A DNA stretch of 64,000 bases from the NCBI GenBank assembly GCA_963666835.2, contig CAXXGO010000006.1:928001-992000 (forward strand), read 5' to 3'. Of the stretch, positions 1 through 9,691 are shown in pieces (the stretch's first letter is position 1; every line of letters starts with the position of its first letter). A program made the position numbers and the translations under genes. Under the pieces are notes generated by a model. It saw nothing but the letters and a program-made list of their open reading frames with translations. It had not been told where the DNA came from and did no database searches. The DNA comes from Phycisphaerae bacterium. Its GTDB lineage: Bacteria; Planctomycetota; Phycisphaerae; UBA1845.

Positions 1-2
1 CC

Positions 3-791
3 CTCGGTTGTGAGGTGTCCGTCGTTCGAACTTGGAAGGACTTGACGCCGTATCTGGCGAATCCGGACGGCACCCTGTTGGTGGTCGATGCCGGATCGCT
101 GGGAGACCGCGGACCGGAGATGGTCCGGCGGGTGAATGCGGGGGCGGCCGGGATGAAGGTAGTAGTGGTGGCATCGCCCGGTTCGAAGTGGGAAGGCGCC
201 TACCGCGAACGGAAGATCTTCTACTACGCAGTCGAGCCCTTCGCGGACAACGAGATCGTGGACATTCTCGATGCCGCGTTCCGGTGTCGGCGACCGAGTC
301 GATGCCCCGCGAAGGCCGGCAAGGCGGCCGCGGCGCCGATCAGCCGAATCAGCATTACGAACGGCTCCGGCCGCAAGGTGCGGTTGCTCGCCGCTTCGGG
401 GTTGCTGGGCGAAGAGCAAGGGTTGGCCCGCCGGGTGATTCACCGGTTGCGCGATCGTCTCTTTACCGTGGAGACCGCGACCGGCAGCGAAGAGGGGATC
501 AGCCCGGTTACGATCCTGCACGCGGCGCACGAGTGTCATCGCCTGTTGATTTTGTTGGAGAAGGATATGGGCCGTCTCCCGGGATCTCTGGTTCGCGACA
601 CCCTGGGCGAATTCGCCTCGGTGTTGTGTGAACACTCCGGGAATGTAACGACCTTGGTAGTGCAGCCCCCTGCAGAGGACGGAGGGCGGATGACCTTCTG
701 TGATGACACGATTGAGGCATTAGCGGAACACATCTCCAGGGAGATGGTGTTGTGTTATCAGGCCGCATCTGAAGGGCCGAAGGATCCATAG
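3..791 (+). CDS. 5'-truncated protein with a degenerate receiver-like domain
   Basis: Frame is open from the window edge (LGCEVSVV...). LLVVDAGS...VVVVAS...IFYYAVEPF resembles an atypical REC fold. Confidence 0.5.
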   Translation, partial: LGCEVSVVRTWKDLTPYLANPDGTLLVVDAGSLGDRGPEMVRRVNAGAAGMKVVVVASPGSKWEGAYRERKIFYYAVEPFADNEIVDILDAAFRCRRPSRCPAKAGKAAAAPISRISITNGSGRKVRLLAASGLLGEEQGLARRVIHRLRDRLFTVETATGSEEGISPVTILHAAHECHRLLILLEKDMGRLPGSLVRDTLGEFASVLCEHSGNVTTLVVQPPAEDGGRMTFCDDTIEALAEHISREMVLCYQAASEGPKDP

Positions 792-951
792 GAGTGTTGG
801 CGAACAGTCGCGACGGAACGGCCGAAATCCGGCCTTCGTTGCGAAAGAATGAGAACATTTGCGGATCGGGCTTCCCCAAAAGACGTCCGATCGTACGAAC
901 CCGGTAGAAGTGGGGCCGCCTGACGGCAGAAAGAAGCAGAGGAGAAAAGTC

Positions 952-2157
952 ATGTATTCCAGCTCAGCTCAGTATCGAATCGTGTTGGCCGTGGCCTTGG
1001 CAGTGGGATGTCTGGGAGCCGGCAGTGCCTTGGCGCAGCAGACTCTGAACCTGTACGGCCCGATGGGTCTTTCACCCGCCATCGAGGATGCGGCGATAGC
1101 ATTCTCATCGCAGAGTGACGTGACCGTGAACGTCGTGGCCGGGACCCCGGACGAATGGCAGACCGCCGCGGCCGCGAATGGTGATTTCATCTACAGTACC
1201 GGCGAGTTCATCATGACGGACTTCGTCAGGTCCGGCGTGGTCCCGGTCGATAGGACCTCGTTGACCAAGCTGTACCTCCGCCCGTCGGCCATTCTGGTCC
1301 GTCCGGGTAACCCCAAGGACATTCGGGACTTCCCGGATCTTCTGCGCCCGGGGATGAAGGTGATGATGGTGAACGGATCGGGGCAGACCGGCTTGTGGGA
1401 GAACCTCACGGGCAAGTTGCAGAGTCTGCAGAATCTGGTGGCGTTGCAGAAGAACGTTGTGCTGTGCGAGAAGACGACGGCCGCGGCGATGAAGAAGTGG
1501 GAGACCCAGCCGGAAATCGACGCCTGGTTGACCTGGAACGTCTGGCACATGCCGCGACGGGATAGTGCTCAGATCGTGACGATCAGCAAGGACTACCGCA
1601 TCTATCGCGAGTGCAGCATCTCGCTGACCGAGCGCGGCAAGAGTAACCCGTCGGCGGTGCAGTTCATGGAGTTCCTCGCTTCCGCCGAAGGCGCCGACAT
1701 CTATGATTCCTGGGGATGGGCGAAGCCGCCGACCGATGTGAACCCGGCCGTCGCGGAGCGGGGTGTTTGCGTCGCCGCCCGGATTAAGGATGATCAGTGG
1801 ACCAACAGCATCGGTCGGGGTCTGGACCGCGTGAAGAGGCTGGTGGACGAGTATCGGTCGCTGGGCATTCCCGCTGAAGATATCCACGTGTGTGCGGTGT
1901 TCGACGGTGACGCCGGCTACTGGATGCTCAAGGATGATCCGTACCGGAAGCACACCTCGAAGGTGGCGGAAAACCCGAACCACGACGTGGTTGAGGATCT
2001 GGTTGCGGCCGGTGTTAGTATCGAGATCAGCGCCGAGACCATGCGGGACTACGGGTGGACCGCGGAAGATCTGCTGCCGGGCGTGAAGGTTGTGCCGGGA
2101 GCCGGTTCGCGAATCGCCACTCTCGGCGAGCAGGGCTACGACTTCCTGCCATTCTGA
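952..2157 (+). CDS. AcfC/ModA-like substrate-binding protein fused to a C-terminal DsrE-like domain
   Basis: GGAG RBS before ATG 952; signal peptide; LYGPMG, LYLRPSAILVRPGNPKDI and GSGQTGLWE are AcfC-like; C-terminal NP..LV..GV.IEISAETM...LLPGVKVVP is DsrE-like. Confidence 0.7.
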   Translation: MYSSSAQYRIVLAVALAVGCLGAGSALAQQTLNLYGPMGLSPAIEDAAIAFSSQSDVTVNVVAGTPDEWQTAAAANGDFIYSTGEFIMTDFVRSGVVPVDRTSLTKLYLRPSAILVRPGNPKDIRDFPDLLRPGMKVMMVNGSGQTGLWENLTGKLQSLQNLVALQKNVVLCEKTTAAAMKKWETQPEIDAWLTWNVWHMPRRDSAQIVTISKDYRIYRECSISLTERGKSNPSAVQFMEFLASAEGADIYDSWGWAKPPTDVNPAVAERGVCVAARIKDDQWTNSIGRGLDRVKRLVDEYRSLGIPAEDIHVCAVFDGDAGYWMLKDDPYRKHTSKVAENPNHDVVEDLVAAGVSIEISAETMRDYGWTAEDLLPGVKVVPGAGSRIATLGEQGYDFLPF

Positions 2158-2231
2158 GGATAAGGTGGGGAGCTGAGCTGGAGTAGTTAGGAGTACGCCG
2201 GCCGAGACCGGCGGGGGGCGAAGAATACAGG

Positions 2232-2266
2232 ACACTTGCGACGCCCCCGCAGGGCGCCGCAAGTGT
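2232..2266 (+). terminator. Intergenic stem-loop (terminator or mRNA-stabilising hairpin)
   Basis: ACACTTGCG-ACGCCC-ccgca-GGGCGC-CGCAAGTGT; the U-tract after it is weak. Confidence 0.4.
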
Positions 2267-2300
2267 GTGTTTACGGGGTTAGGGCGCTAATCTGGATTAG

Positions 2301-3236
2301 GTGAAAGCTGTGAATGTCAGTCGGCGAGGTTTTCTGAAGAGGATGGGAGCCGCTGGGCTCGGGGCAACGGCGTTGGGCGGAAGTACCAGCGAGGCTTTGG
2401 CTTCCCATGGAGCGCGCACCGCATCGGAAGATGCCATGGGCGTTCTCGTGGACCTGACGCAGTGTAACGGATGTCGGCGTTGCGAGGCGGCCTGTAAAGA
2501 GGCGGCCGGGTTCGAGGTGCCGACCGAGGAAGAGCTGAAGGACTACTCGGTGTTTGACGAAAACCGTCCGCTAAGTCCGGATGCCTATACGACCGTCAAC
2601 CAGTTCGAGGGCCCGCAAGGGCAGCCGATTTTCGCCAAGGCTAACTGCCTGCATTGCATCGACCCGGCGTGCGCCTCGGCATGCATCGTCAATGCGCTGC
2701 GGAAGGAACCGGAGGGGCCGGTGGTCTACGATGTCTGGAAGTGCATGGGCTGTCGCTATTGCATGGTGGCCTGCCCGTTCCAGATTCCGACCTACGAGTA
2801 CGATAACGCCTTCACTCCGCAGGTCCGCAAATGCACCATGTGCCAGAACGAAGGCAACCCCCACAAGGGCGGTGTGCCGGCCTGTGTGAAGGCGTGTCCG
2901 AAAGAGAGTCTCACCTACGGCAAACGCTCTGATTTGCTGAAGCGCGCCCACGAGAAAATCAAGGACCGCCCGGATCTCTACATCGATCACGTGTACGGAG
3001 AGCATGAGGCCGGCGGAACTTCCTGGATGTACCTGTCGAGCGTGCCGTTCGAAGAGGTTGGTTTCCTGAAAGTCGATGAGGCCGCCCCTCCACGGCTGTC
3101 CGAGACGATTCAGCACGGGGTTTTCAAGCACTTCATGCCTCCGGTGGCGTGGTGCGGGATCCTGGCGATGGCCATGTGGATGACGAAGCCGGAGAATCCC
3201 GGTCACGGGTCAACGCCGGAGCATGAAGAGAAGTAG
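2301..3236 (+). CDS. Tat-exported 4Fe-4S dicluster protein (HybA/HmcB-like)
   Basis: SRRGFLK Tat motif; CxxCxxCxxxC and CxxCxxPxC clusters; HVYGEHEAGGTSW; C-terminal TM helix. Confidence 0.85.
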   Translation: MKAVNVSRRGFLKRMGAAGLGATALGGSTSEALASHGARTASEDAMGVLVDLTQCNGCRRCEAACKEAAGFEVPTEEELKDYSVFDENRPLSPDAYTTVNQFEGPQGQPIFAKANCLHCIDPACASACIVNALRKEPEGPVVYDVWKCMGCRYCMVACPFQIPTYEYDNAFTPQVRKCTMCQNEGNPHKGGVPACVKACPKESLTYGKRSDLLKRAHEKIKDRPDLYIDHVYGEHEAGGTSWMYLSSVPFEEVGFLKVDEAAPPRLSETIQHGVFKHFMPPVAWCGILAMAMWMTKPENPGHGSTPEHEEK

Positions 3237-3298
3237 GCTCAGCGCCTGGATACGATTGTGAGTGGAAGAACACGATACGAGAAACGAGGAATACCGCA

Positions 3299-4489
3299 GT
3301 GACTGCTCATCTTGAACCTTCGCCGGTCAACCGGAGAGTGCTGACCCCGGGCGTCTGGGGCTTGTTGGCCTTGGCAGGCATAGGCTTACTTGCCGGGGTC
3401 TACCGTTTTGCGTTCGGCCTCGAGGCCAGCACAAATCTGGACCAGCAATACCCGTGGGGCATCTGGATTATTGCCGACGTCTCCTTCATCGCCCTGGCGG
3501 CCGGAGGCTTCACAATGGCCGCGCTGACCCACGTGTTTCACCGGGAGGCGTATCATGCGCTGGCCCGCCCGATCCTGGTCGCAGCGCTGCTGGGGTACAG
3601 TTTCGCGACGGTGGCGTTGCTGGCCGACCTCGGGAGGTACTACAACATCTGGCATCCGGTGCTCCCGATGTGTTGGCAAGGGAATTCTGCGTTGTTCGAG
3701 GTCGGGATGTGCGTGATGTGCTACGCGACCGTTATGTACATCGAGTTCATCCCGATCTTCTGCGAGCGTTTTATCGGCGATCGCCGGTTCCCGACGCTCG
3801 GGCGGATCTGCGAGTTCGTCAACCGTACAAGCGGCAAGGTGATGTTTATTTTCATCGTCCTGGGCGTGGGGATCTCGTTTCTGCATCAGTCGTCCCTGGG
3901 GCACATCATGGTCTTGGTGCCCTCGAAACTTCATCCGCTCTGGTACACTCCCGTGCTTTCCCTGATGTTCCTCGTGTCGGCGATTGCCGTAGGGTTCCCG
4001 ACCGCGATAACCGTTTCGGTCTTCTCCTCCTGGGCGATGAAGTTGAAGCCGGACATGCGAATGCTAGGGGGTCTGGCTAAGTTCGTTCCGTTCTTCCTGG
4101 GCATCTACGTAGCGTTGAAGATCGGCGACATGCTCATCCGCGGGAGCTACGTTCATTTGACCGATGGATCTCTGCAGAGCTTCGCGTTCATGGTGGAGAT
4201 GATTCTGCTGATCATCCCGCTCGCCATGGTGTTGGCGGAGCGAGTTCGGAACTCGCCGCGATTGCTAGGTCTGGCTACCGGGCTTATTATGCTGGGCGTG
4301 GTCTTGAATCGAACGAACGTCTATTGGATCGGCTATCAGCCGCCGCGAACTGACAAGATGTACTTCCCGTCATTCGTGGAATGGGCGGTGACTATCGGGG
4401 CTTTGGCGGCTTTGATAGTCCTCTGGCGGGTGATTGCGACGTTCTTCCCCGTTATCAGTCATGAGCCCAGCCGGGCGAAAGCATCCTGA
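3299..4489 (+). CDS. NrfD/PsrC family membrane subunit (HybB/HmcC-like)
   Basis: YPWGIWI, ALAAGGF, DLGR, SALFEVGMC and LHQSSLG motifs; about 10 TM helices. Confidence 0.85.
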   Translation: MTAHLEPSPVNRRVLTPGVWGLLALAGIGLLAGVYRFAFGLEASTNLDQQYPWGIWIIADVSFIALAAGGFTMAALTHVFHREAYHALARPILVAALLGYSFATVALLADLGRYYNIWHPVLPMCWQGNSALFEVGMCVMCYATVMYIEFIPIFCERFIGDRRFPTLGRICEFVNRTSGKVMFIFIVLGVGISFLHQSSLGHIMVLVPSKLHPLWYTPVLSLMFLVSAIAVGFPTAITVSVFSSWAMKLKPDMRMLGGLAKFVPFFLGIYVALKIGDMLIRGSYVHLTDGSLQSFAFMVEMILLIIPLAMVLAERVRNSPRLLGLATGLIMLGVVLNRTNVYWIGYQPPRTDKMYFPSFVEWAVTIGALAALIVLWRVIATFFPVISHEPSRAKAS

Positions 4490-4524
4490 GAGTTCAATAA
4501 CCTGTTGACCGGTGGATTTAAGAA

Positions 4525-5769
4525 ATGGTACGTGTGTTTTTCCTTGCAGTTTGGGTTCTTTCATTTGTAAACATGCCCCTGGTCTCGGCCCAGCAGCCGG
4601 CGGACGGGGCTCATGGTTCCGGCGCGGCGGCTAATGCCGCGAGTGAGCAGGCGGGTGATCCGGATTGTCGCCAATGCCACTTCTGCAGTGCGCCTACGCA
4701 TACGAGCAAGTGCCTGGTGCACGTGTGTACCAGGGGGCAACGCCGCCTGCCCGCAGGAACGGCCGAAGATCACGGCCCGGACGTAATCTTCCTCGATATG
4801 CTTGAGGGCAATTATCTGCCGGTGCCGTTCGATCACGAAGGGCACGCGAAGATGGCGGAGATGGGCGGCGGCTGTACGACGTGCCATCACTTTACGCCCA
4901 AGGGTGAGCAGCACCCCAAATGCGTGACCTGCCACGACTTGATGGTGGCCGGTACCGACATCCACAAGCCCGGCCTTAAAGGAGCCTACCACCAGCAGTG
5001 CATGAACTGCCACCGGGAGTGGGCCGGCCAGGAGGACTGCGCGCAGTGCCACGTTGCCAAGACGGGAGCCGGATCCGGAGGCGCCGCCACCGAGGTGACG
5101 GGGCTTTTGGGGCGCATTCACCCGCCGATTCCCGAGCCGGATACGGATTATTTCGGCGGGCAGCCCGCGGCAGATCGCGACTCGCTCGTTCTTTTCGGCC
5201 ACCAGAAGCACGTGAAGGGCTTCGGCCTTAATTGTGTTGACTGCCATCGCGAGCCGAGCTGCACGCGGTGCCACACGCGCGACGTGGGGGGCGACACTCC
5301 GCAGACTCTTGCCCAACACCACCGCCACTGCCTGAATTGTCACAAGCAGGACATGCGCGGCACCGACGAGGCGGCCGAGTGCAAACGCTGCCACTGGCAA
5401 AAGGACGAGCCGAAACCGGCGCAGTTTGCTCACGCCGACGTCGGCTGGCCGCTGAAGGACTATCACCAGGGAGCCAACTGCCGCGACTGCCATCAGCGGG
5501 TGCCGTTCGCCAAGTTGGACAAGAACTGCCAGGCCTGCCACAAGGATTGGGATCCGGACAGCTTCGATCACCGGGTCACGGGGCAGGTTCTGGACGACAA
5601 TCACGCCGACGCCGATTGCACGGACTGCCACTCCGGGCAGAGGTACGAAGAGCCGCCGACCTGCAGCGAGTGTCACGACGAGGAAGACGATGGGATCGCC
5701 TTCCCGGCTCGTCGCCCCGGCCCGAGCGTCAAGTTCCAGACCTCAATGTTGCACCGTAAGGGCAACTGA
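4525..5769 (+). CDS. Multiheme c-type cytochrome (cytochrome c3/HmcA-like), 13 CxxCH motifs
   Basis: Signal peptide; 13 CxxCH motifs counted; VPFDHEGH and GLKGAYHQQC are c3-like. Confidence 0.9.
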   Translation: MVRVFFLAVWVLSFVNMPLVSAQQPADGAHGSGAAANAASEQAGDPDCRQCHFCSAPTHTSKCLVHVCTRGQRRLPAGTAEDHGPDVIFLDMLEGNYLPVPFDHEGHAKMAEMGGGCTTCHHFTPKGEQHPKCVTCHDLMVAGTDIHKPGLKGAYHQQCMNCHREWAGQEDCAQCHVAKTGAGSGGAATEVTGLLGRIHPPIPEPDTDYFGGQPAADRDSLVLFGHQKHVKGFGLNCVDCHREPSCTRCHTRDVGGDTPQTLAQHHRHCLNCHKQDMRGTDEAAECKRCHWQKDEPKPAQFAHADVGWPLKDYHQGANCRDCHQRVPFAKLDKNCQACHKDWDPDSFDHRVTGQVLDDNHADADCTDCHSGQRYEEPPTCSECHDEEDDGIAFPARRPGPSVKFQTSMLHRKGN

Positions 5770-6039
5770 CGTGTGCGCCTGACCGGTTGGGCTTCCAGGC
5801 GGAGCTCAACCGGAATAGGGCGAACGGCGGCTTTCCTTTGTCCGGGACCGCTTTCGGATGCGCTTCGCGCGGACGGCCCGAATACAGTCGACCCCGCCTC
5901 GCAAACGACACTACTTGCCCTGTAAAAGTCTATCAGCCAGAGGCCGGTCGCTCACGCTCACGTACTGGTGGAGTGCCGGAGCTGGGGCACCGCACGAGCT
6001 GACGTTTTGGTCGTTGACGACGCCCGCTTGCAGTCAATG

Positions 6040-6353
6040 GCAGGTCTCGTGTCTCGACCATGCCCTACTACACTGTCGCAACGTCGCGCGAAGATGGCGG
6101 CAGGTCTCGTGCCTCGACCGTGCCCTACAGCACTGCCAGCGGGGTGTCATGGGCCAACTTGTTGGCCCGTGGCGTATCGGCGGGTCGCCGCGTATCAAGT
6201 ACCGCGACCGTCGGGGAGTGGCCCTCCTGCATCGGAGGGTCGCCGCGTATCGGCCACAAGGGCGGGTCGCTCACGCTCGCCGTACTGATAGCGGCCGCGA
6301 CGTCGCATGTCGCGCGAAGATGGCGGCAGGTCTCGTGCCTCGACCTGCCCTAC
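6040..6353. repeat. Three GTAG-type REP copies (6040-6068, 6100-6128, 6326-6353)
   Basis: GCAGGTCTCGTGCCTCGACC(G/A)TGCCCTAC, whose reverse complement is GTAG followed by an imperfect hairpin. Confidence 0.8.
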
Positions 6354-6555
6354 TGCTGCGCGACGCAGCCTTTCATCGCGGTTTGCGGTTCCCACCTCCG
6401 AAGAGGCGGGCTATCCAGGCTCTAAAAAGAGGCGGACCACTTAGACGCTCCACGGGTCAACAAGTTGACCCATGTCACCCGCCGCGGGTCAACGAGTTGC
6501 GCCGTGACATGAGCTTGTTACGTCCCGGTGTTACAATCCGCGCGCGGTGGGCGTT

Positions 6556-6957
6556 TTACTTGTATTCCAGGGCTTTCGTGGGGCAGAAGGCGGCGCAGGC
6601 CGGCTCGCCGCCGCACAGGTCGCACTTGATCGCCACGCCGACTCTGCCGTCCTGGCCCATGTGTCCGAACGGGCAGGCGATGGCACACAATCCGCAGCCG
6701 ATGCAGCGGGCTTCGTCTACTTCAATAGCGTCGGTTTGCTCGTTGCGTGACAATGCGTTGACCGGGCACACTTTCACGCACGCGGCCTCGGCACATTGGA
6801 AACAGGTAAGGAGCTGGTTCTGCCCCTCGCCGATCATAAAGGCCTGGATCCGGGCGACTCCGAGTCCACTTGAACCCGCGTGTTTGAACGCGCACGACAT
6901 CTCGCAAGTTCGGCAGGCGATGCAACGCGAAGGAGTAATCGTCAGTGTCTTGAGCAT
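6556..6957 (-). CDS. 4Fe-4S dicluster electron-transfer protein (CooF/AOR-associated type)
   Basis: CIACRTCEMSC, CFQCAEAACVKVCP, CIGCGLCAIACP and KCDLCGGEPACAAFCP. Confidence 0.85.
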   Translation of the reverse strand: MLKTLTITPSRCIACRTCEMSCAFKHAGSSGLGVARIQAFMIGEGQNQLLTCFQCAEAACVKVCPVNALSRNEQTDAIEVDEARCIGCGLCAIACPFGHMGQDGRVGVAIKCDLCGGEPACAAFCPTKALEYK

Positions 6958-6970
6958 GTTCGGTATCCTA

Positions 6971-7774
6971 TCAGCCTGAAACCTCGACGGACTCGATGGC
7001 GCTCATGTCGAAGGCGGTTCGGATCGTAGTAACGGTTTTCTTTCGAGAGCAGGCGGGGCAAGTCTGGAAGTACTCGGCGCTCAGCCCCGACTTGGCCACC
7101 TCGAACTCGAGCTGTTTCTCGGGCATGATCGGCTGCCCGCACGAGGTGCATTTTACCATCGGGAACGAATGCCCCCATATCTTCCGCACTCCGTCCTCAT
7201 CGCGATAGCGAATCGTATCCGTCGGGCAGATGTGGGCACAGCTTGCACAGCCGATGCAATCGGGCGGCGGTTGCTTGAACGGGATGGAGATGGCCTTCTC
7301 GATCCCGCGCCCGCTCGTGCCGATTGCGTTGCACCCCTTCTCCGCACAGACCCGCACGCAGAGCCCGCACAGAATGCACGTCGTTTCGACCTCGTTTTCC
7401 TTATACGACGTGGCCGTCACCCCGTGCTCGGCCGCCAGCTTCCGGATGACCGCCGAGGTGGGGCAGCGGGCCAGCAGAAGGTCCAAAACCGTCCGCCGCG
7501 CCTTGCGAACCTCTTCGTTACCCGTGGAGACCCGCAGGCCTTCCTCCACCGGGTACAGGCAAGCCGTCACCAGCCCCTTCCAGCCCTTCCAGTTGGGATG
7601 ACTGATCTCCACGAGGCACAGGCGACATGCCCCGACCGGCTCCAAGGCATCGTGATGACACAGCGTCGGGATCGGGATCCCCTCGCGCCGCGCCACCTCC
7701 AGAATCGTCATTTCCGGGCGGGCTTGGAAGAACCGGCCGTCTATCTCGATATTGATGGTCTGCTCAGTTGTCAT
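6971..7774 (-). CDS. NuoG/HydA N-terminal-like Fe-S protein (2Fe-2S + 2x4Fe-4S, BamI-like), no catalytic domain
   Basis: IPTLCHH...GACRLCLVE...TAC; CILCGLCVRVC; CIGCASCAHICP; extra C-terminal CxxC...CxxC. Confidence 0.8.
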   Translation of the reverse strand: MTTEQTINIEIDGRFFQARPEMTILEVARREGIPIPTLCHHDALEPVGACRLCLVEISHPNWKGWKGLVTACLYPVEEGLRVSTGNEEVRKARRTVLDLLLARCPTSAVIRKLAAEHGVTATSYKENEVETTCILCGLCVRVCAEKGCNAIGTSGRGIEKAISIPFKQPPPDCIGCASCAHICPTDTIRYRDEDGVRKIWGHSFPMVKCTSCGQPIMPEKQLEFEVAKSGLSAEYFQTCPACSRKKTVTTIRTAFDMSAIESVEVSG

Positions 7775-7830
7775 TGAATTACCTCGGCCGGGGAGCCGGC
7801 TCGTCCATCCGCCTTCTACCGGCGGGCGTT

Positions 7831-9687
7831 CTATTCCACATCGACGGCGTCGTAACGACAGACGTTACGGCAAGCTCCGCAACGCGTGCACTTGTCGGCG
7901 TCGATGGTATGGAGTTTCTTCAACTCCCCGACGATACAATCCACGGGGCACGCCTTCACGCACGCCCCGCAACCTATGCACTTCTCCTTGGAGATCCGGA
8001 ACGTAAACAGATTCCGACACACCCCGGCCGCACACTTGCGATCGTTGATGTGGGCTTCGTATTCGTCCCGGAAGTACCGCAAGGTGCTCAAAACCGGATT
8101 CGGCGCCGATTTCCCCAGCGCGCACAGCGAAGCCTTGACGATCGTGTCGCTCAGTTGTTCGATCTTCTCGACATCACCGGGCCGGCCCTCTCCGCGACAG
8201 ATTGCTTCGAGGATCCCGTGAAGCTGATGGACGCCCTCGCGACACGGAACGCACTTGCCGCACGATTCGTCCACCAGAAACGCGAGGAAGTACCGGGCGG
8301 TATCGACCATGCAGGTGTGATCGTCCATGACGATCATCCCGCCGGACCCCATCATGGAGCCGACTTCGGTGAGCCCGTCGAAATCCACCGGCAGGTCCAA
8401 CATGCTCTCGGGCAGACATCCGCCGGACGGGCCTCCGGTTTGAACCGCTTTGAACGGGCGATCGCCGATGATCCCCCCGCCGATATCGAAGATGATCTCG
8501 CGGAGGGTGATTCCCATGGGGACCTCCACGAGCCCGGTATTCTTCACCTTACCGACCAGAGAGAACGCCTTGGTGCCCGTGCTCTTCTTCGTACCCAGCG
8601 CAGCGAACTTGTCGGCACCCTCGGTAATAATCCACGGGACGTTCGCCCACGTCTCCACGTTGTTCAGAACCGTGGGCTTATCGTGCAATCCGCGAACGAC
8701 CGAATGAACGTACTTGGCCCGCGGCTCACCGACTTCCCCGGCCACCGACTTCATCAGCGCCGACGATTCGCCACAGACGAACGCTCCGCCGCCGCGCGCA
8801 ATGTGAATGTCGTAGGAGAACCCCGTCCCCAGGATGTTCTCGCCGAGGAACCCGTGTTCCCGCGCTTGGGCGATTGCCTGCTCCAGGTGCTTGACCGCCA
8901 GCGGGTACTCTTCGCGTACGTAGATGTAGCCCTTCGAAGCCCCGACGGCCCAGGCCCCGATTACCATGCCTTCGAGCACGGTGTGCGGGTCGCCCTCGCA
9001 GATACTGCGGTCCATGAATGCCCCGGGGTCACCCTCGTCGGCATTGCACAGGACGTAACGCGTGTCGGCTGGTGCATCTCGGCACGTCTTCCACTTACGC
9101 CCGGCGGGGAACCCGCCGCCGCCGCGCCCACGCAGGCCGGAAGCCGTTACGGCGTCCACGACTTCCTCGGGCTTCATTTTGGTTAGGGCCTTCGCCAGCC
9201 CGAGATAACCGCCGACGGCGATGTAGTCCTCGATATTGCCCGGGTCGATCTTGCCGATGTTGCGCAGGGCGATACGAAGCTGCTTGCTGTAAAACGGGAT
9301 AGCGGTGTACTGCTCGATACGCTCTTTGGTGTTGGGGTTACGATAGAGGAGTCGTTCGACGATCTCCCCTTTCTTGAGCGTCTTCTCGACGATGTCTTCC
9401 ACGTCTTTGGGTTTTACGCGGTTATAGAAGATGCCCTTCGGCTGGATTACGACGAGGGGTCCCTTCTCGCAGAATCCGTGACACCCGGTTGTCTTTACCC
9501 CGAGGGCGAGTTCGACGTCGAGCTTCTGCTCGCGGACGGCTTTCTCGAAAGCCTCGGTAACCGCGAGACTGCCGTTGGCGAGGCACCCGGTTCCGGCACA
9601 GATCAGAACTTCGGTCTTGATCTTCTCGCGCTCGCTCCGGGCCTTCTTCGCCGCAGTCTCCAGGCTCTTCATACTCTTAATAGGCAT
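7831..9687 (-). CDS. NuoF/HydB-like FMN/NAD(H)-binding subunit
   Basis: GLRGRGGGGFP, CNADEGDPGAFMDR, FVCGESSAL, GGPSGGC, ESCGKCVPCREG; N-terminal 2Fe-2S and C-terminal 2x4Fe-4S domains. Confidence 0.92.
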   Translation of the reverse strand: MPIKSMKSLETAAKKARSEREKIKTEVLICAGTGCLANGSLAVTEAFEKAVREQKLDVELALGVKTTGCHGFCEKGPLVVIQPKGIFYNRVKPKDVEDIVEKTLKKGEIVERLLYRNPNTKERIEQYTAIPFYSKQLRIALRNIGKIDPGNIEDYIAVGGYLGLAKALTKMKPEEVVDAVTASGLRGRGGGGFPAGRKWKTCRDAPADTRYVLCNADEGDPGAFMDRSICEGDPHTVLEGMVIGAWAVGASKGYIYVREEYPLAVKHLEQAIAQAREHGFLGENILGTGFSYDIHIARGGGAFVCGESSALMKSVAGEVGEPRAKYVHSVVRGLHDKPTVLNNVETWANVPWIITEGADKFAALGTKKSTGTKAFSLVGKVKNTGLVEVPMGITLREIIFDIGGGIIGDRPFKAVQTGGPSGGCLPESMLDLPVDFDGLTEVGSMMGSGGMIVMDDHTCMVDTARYFLAFLVDESCGKCVPCREGVHQLHGILEAICRGEGRPGDVEKIEQLSDTIVKASLCALGKSAPNPVLSTLRYFRDEYEAHINDRKCAAGVCRNLFTFRISKEKCIGCGACVKACPVDCIVGELKKLHTIDADKCTRCGACRNVCRYDAVDVE

Positions 9688-9691
9688 TGGT

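Noticed and set aside
5787..6979. Plus-strand ORFs (e.g. 5858-6979) in the repeat-rich gap
   Set aside because: They consist of translated REPs (RQVSCLD) and antisense sequence of the ferredoxin gene.
6971..9687. [FeFe]-hydrogenase or respiratory complex I
   Set aside because: There are no H-cluster motifs and no membrane nuo genes.
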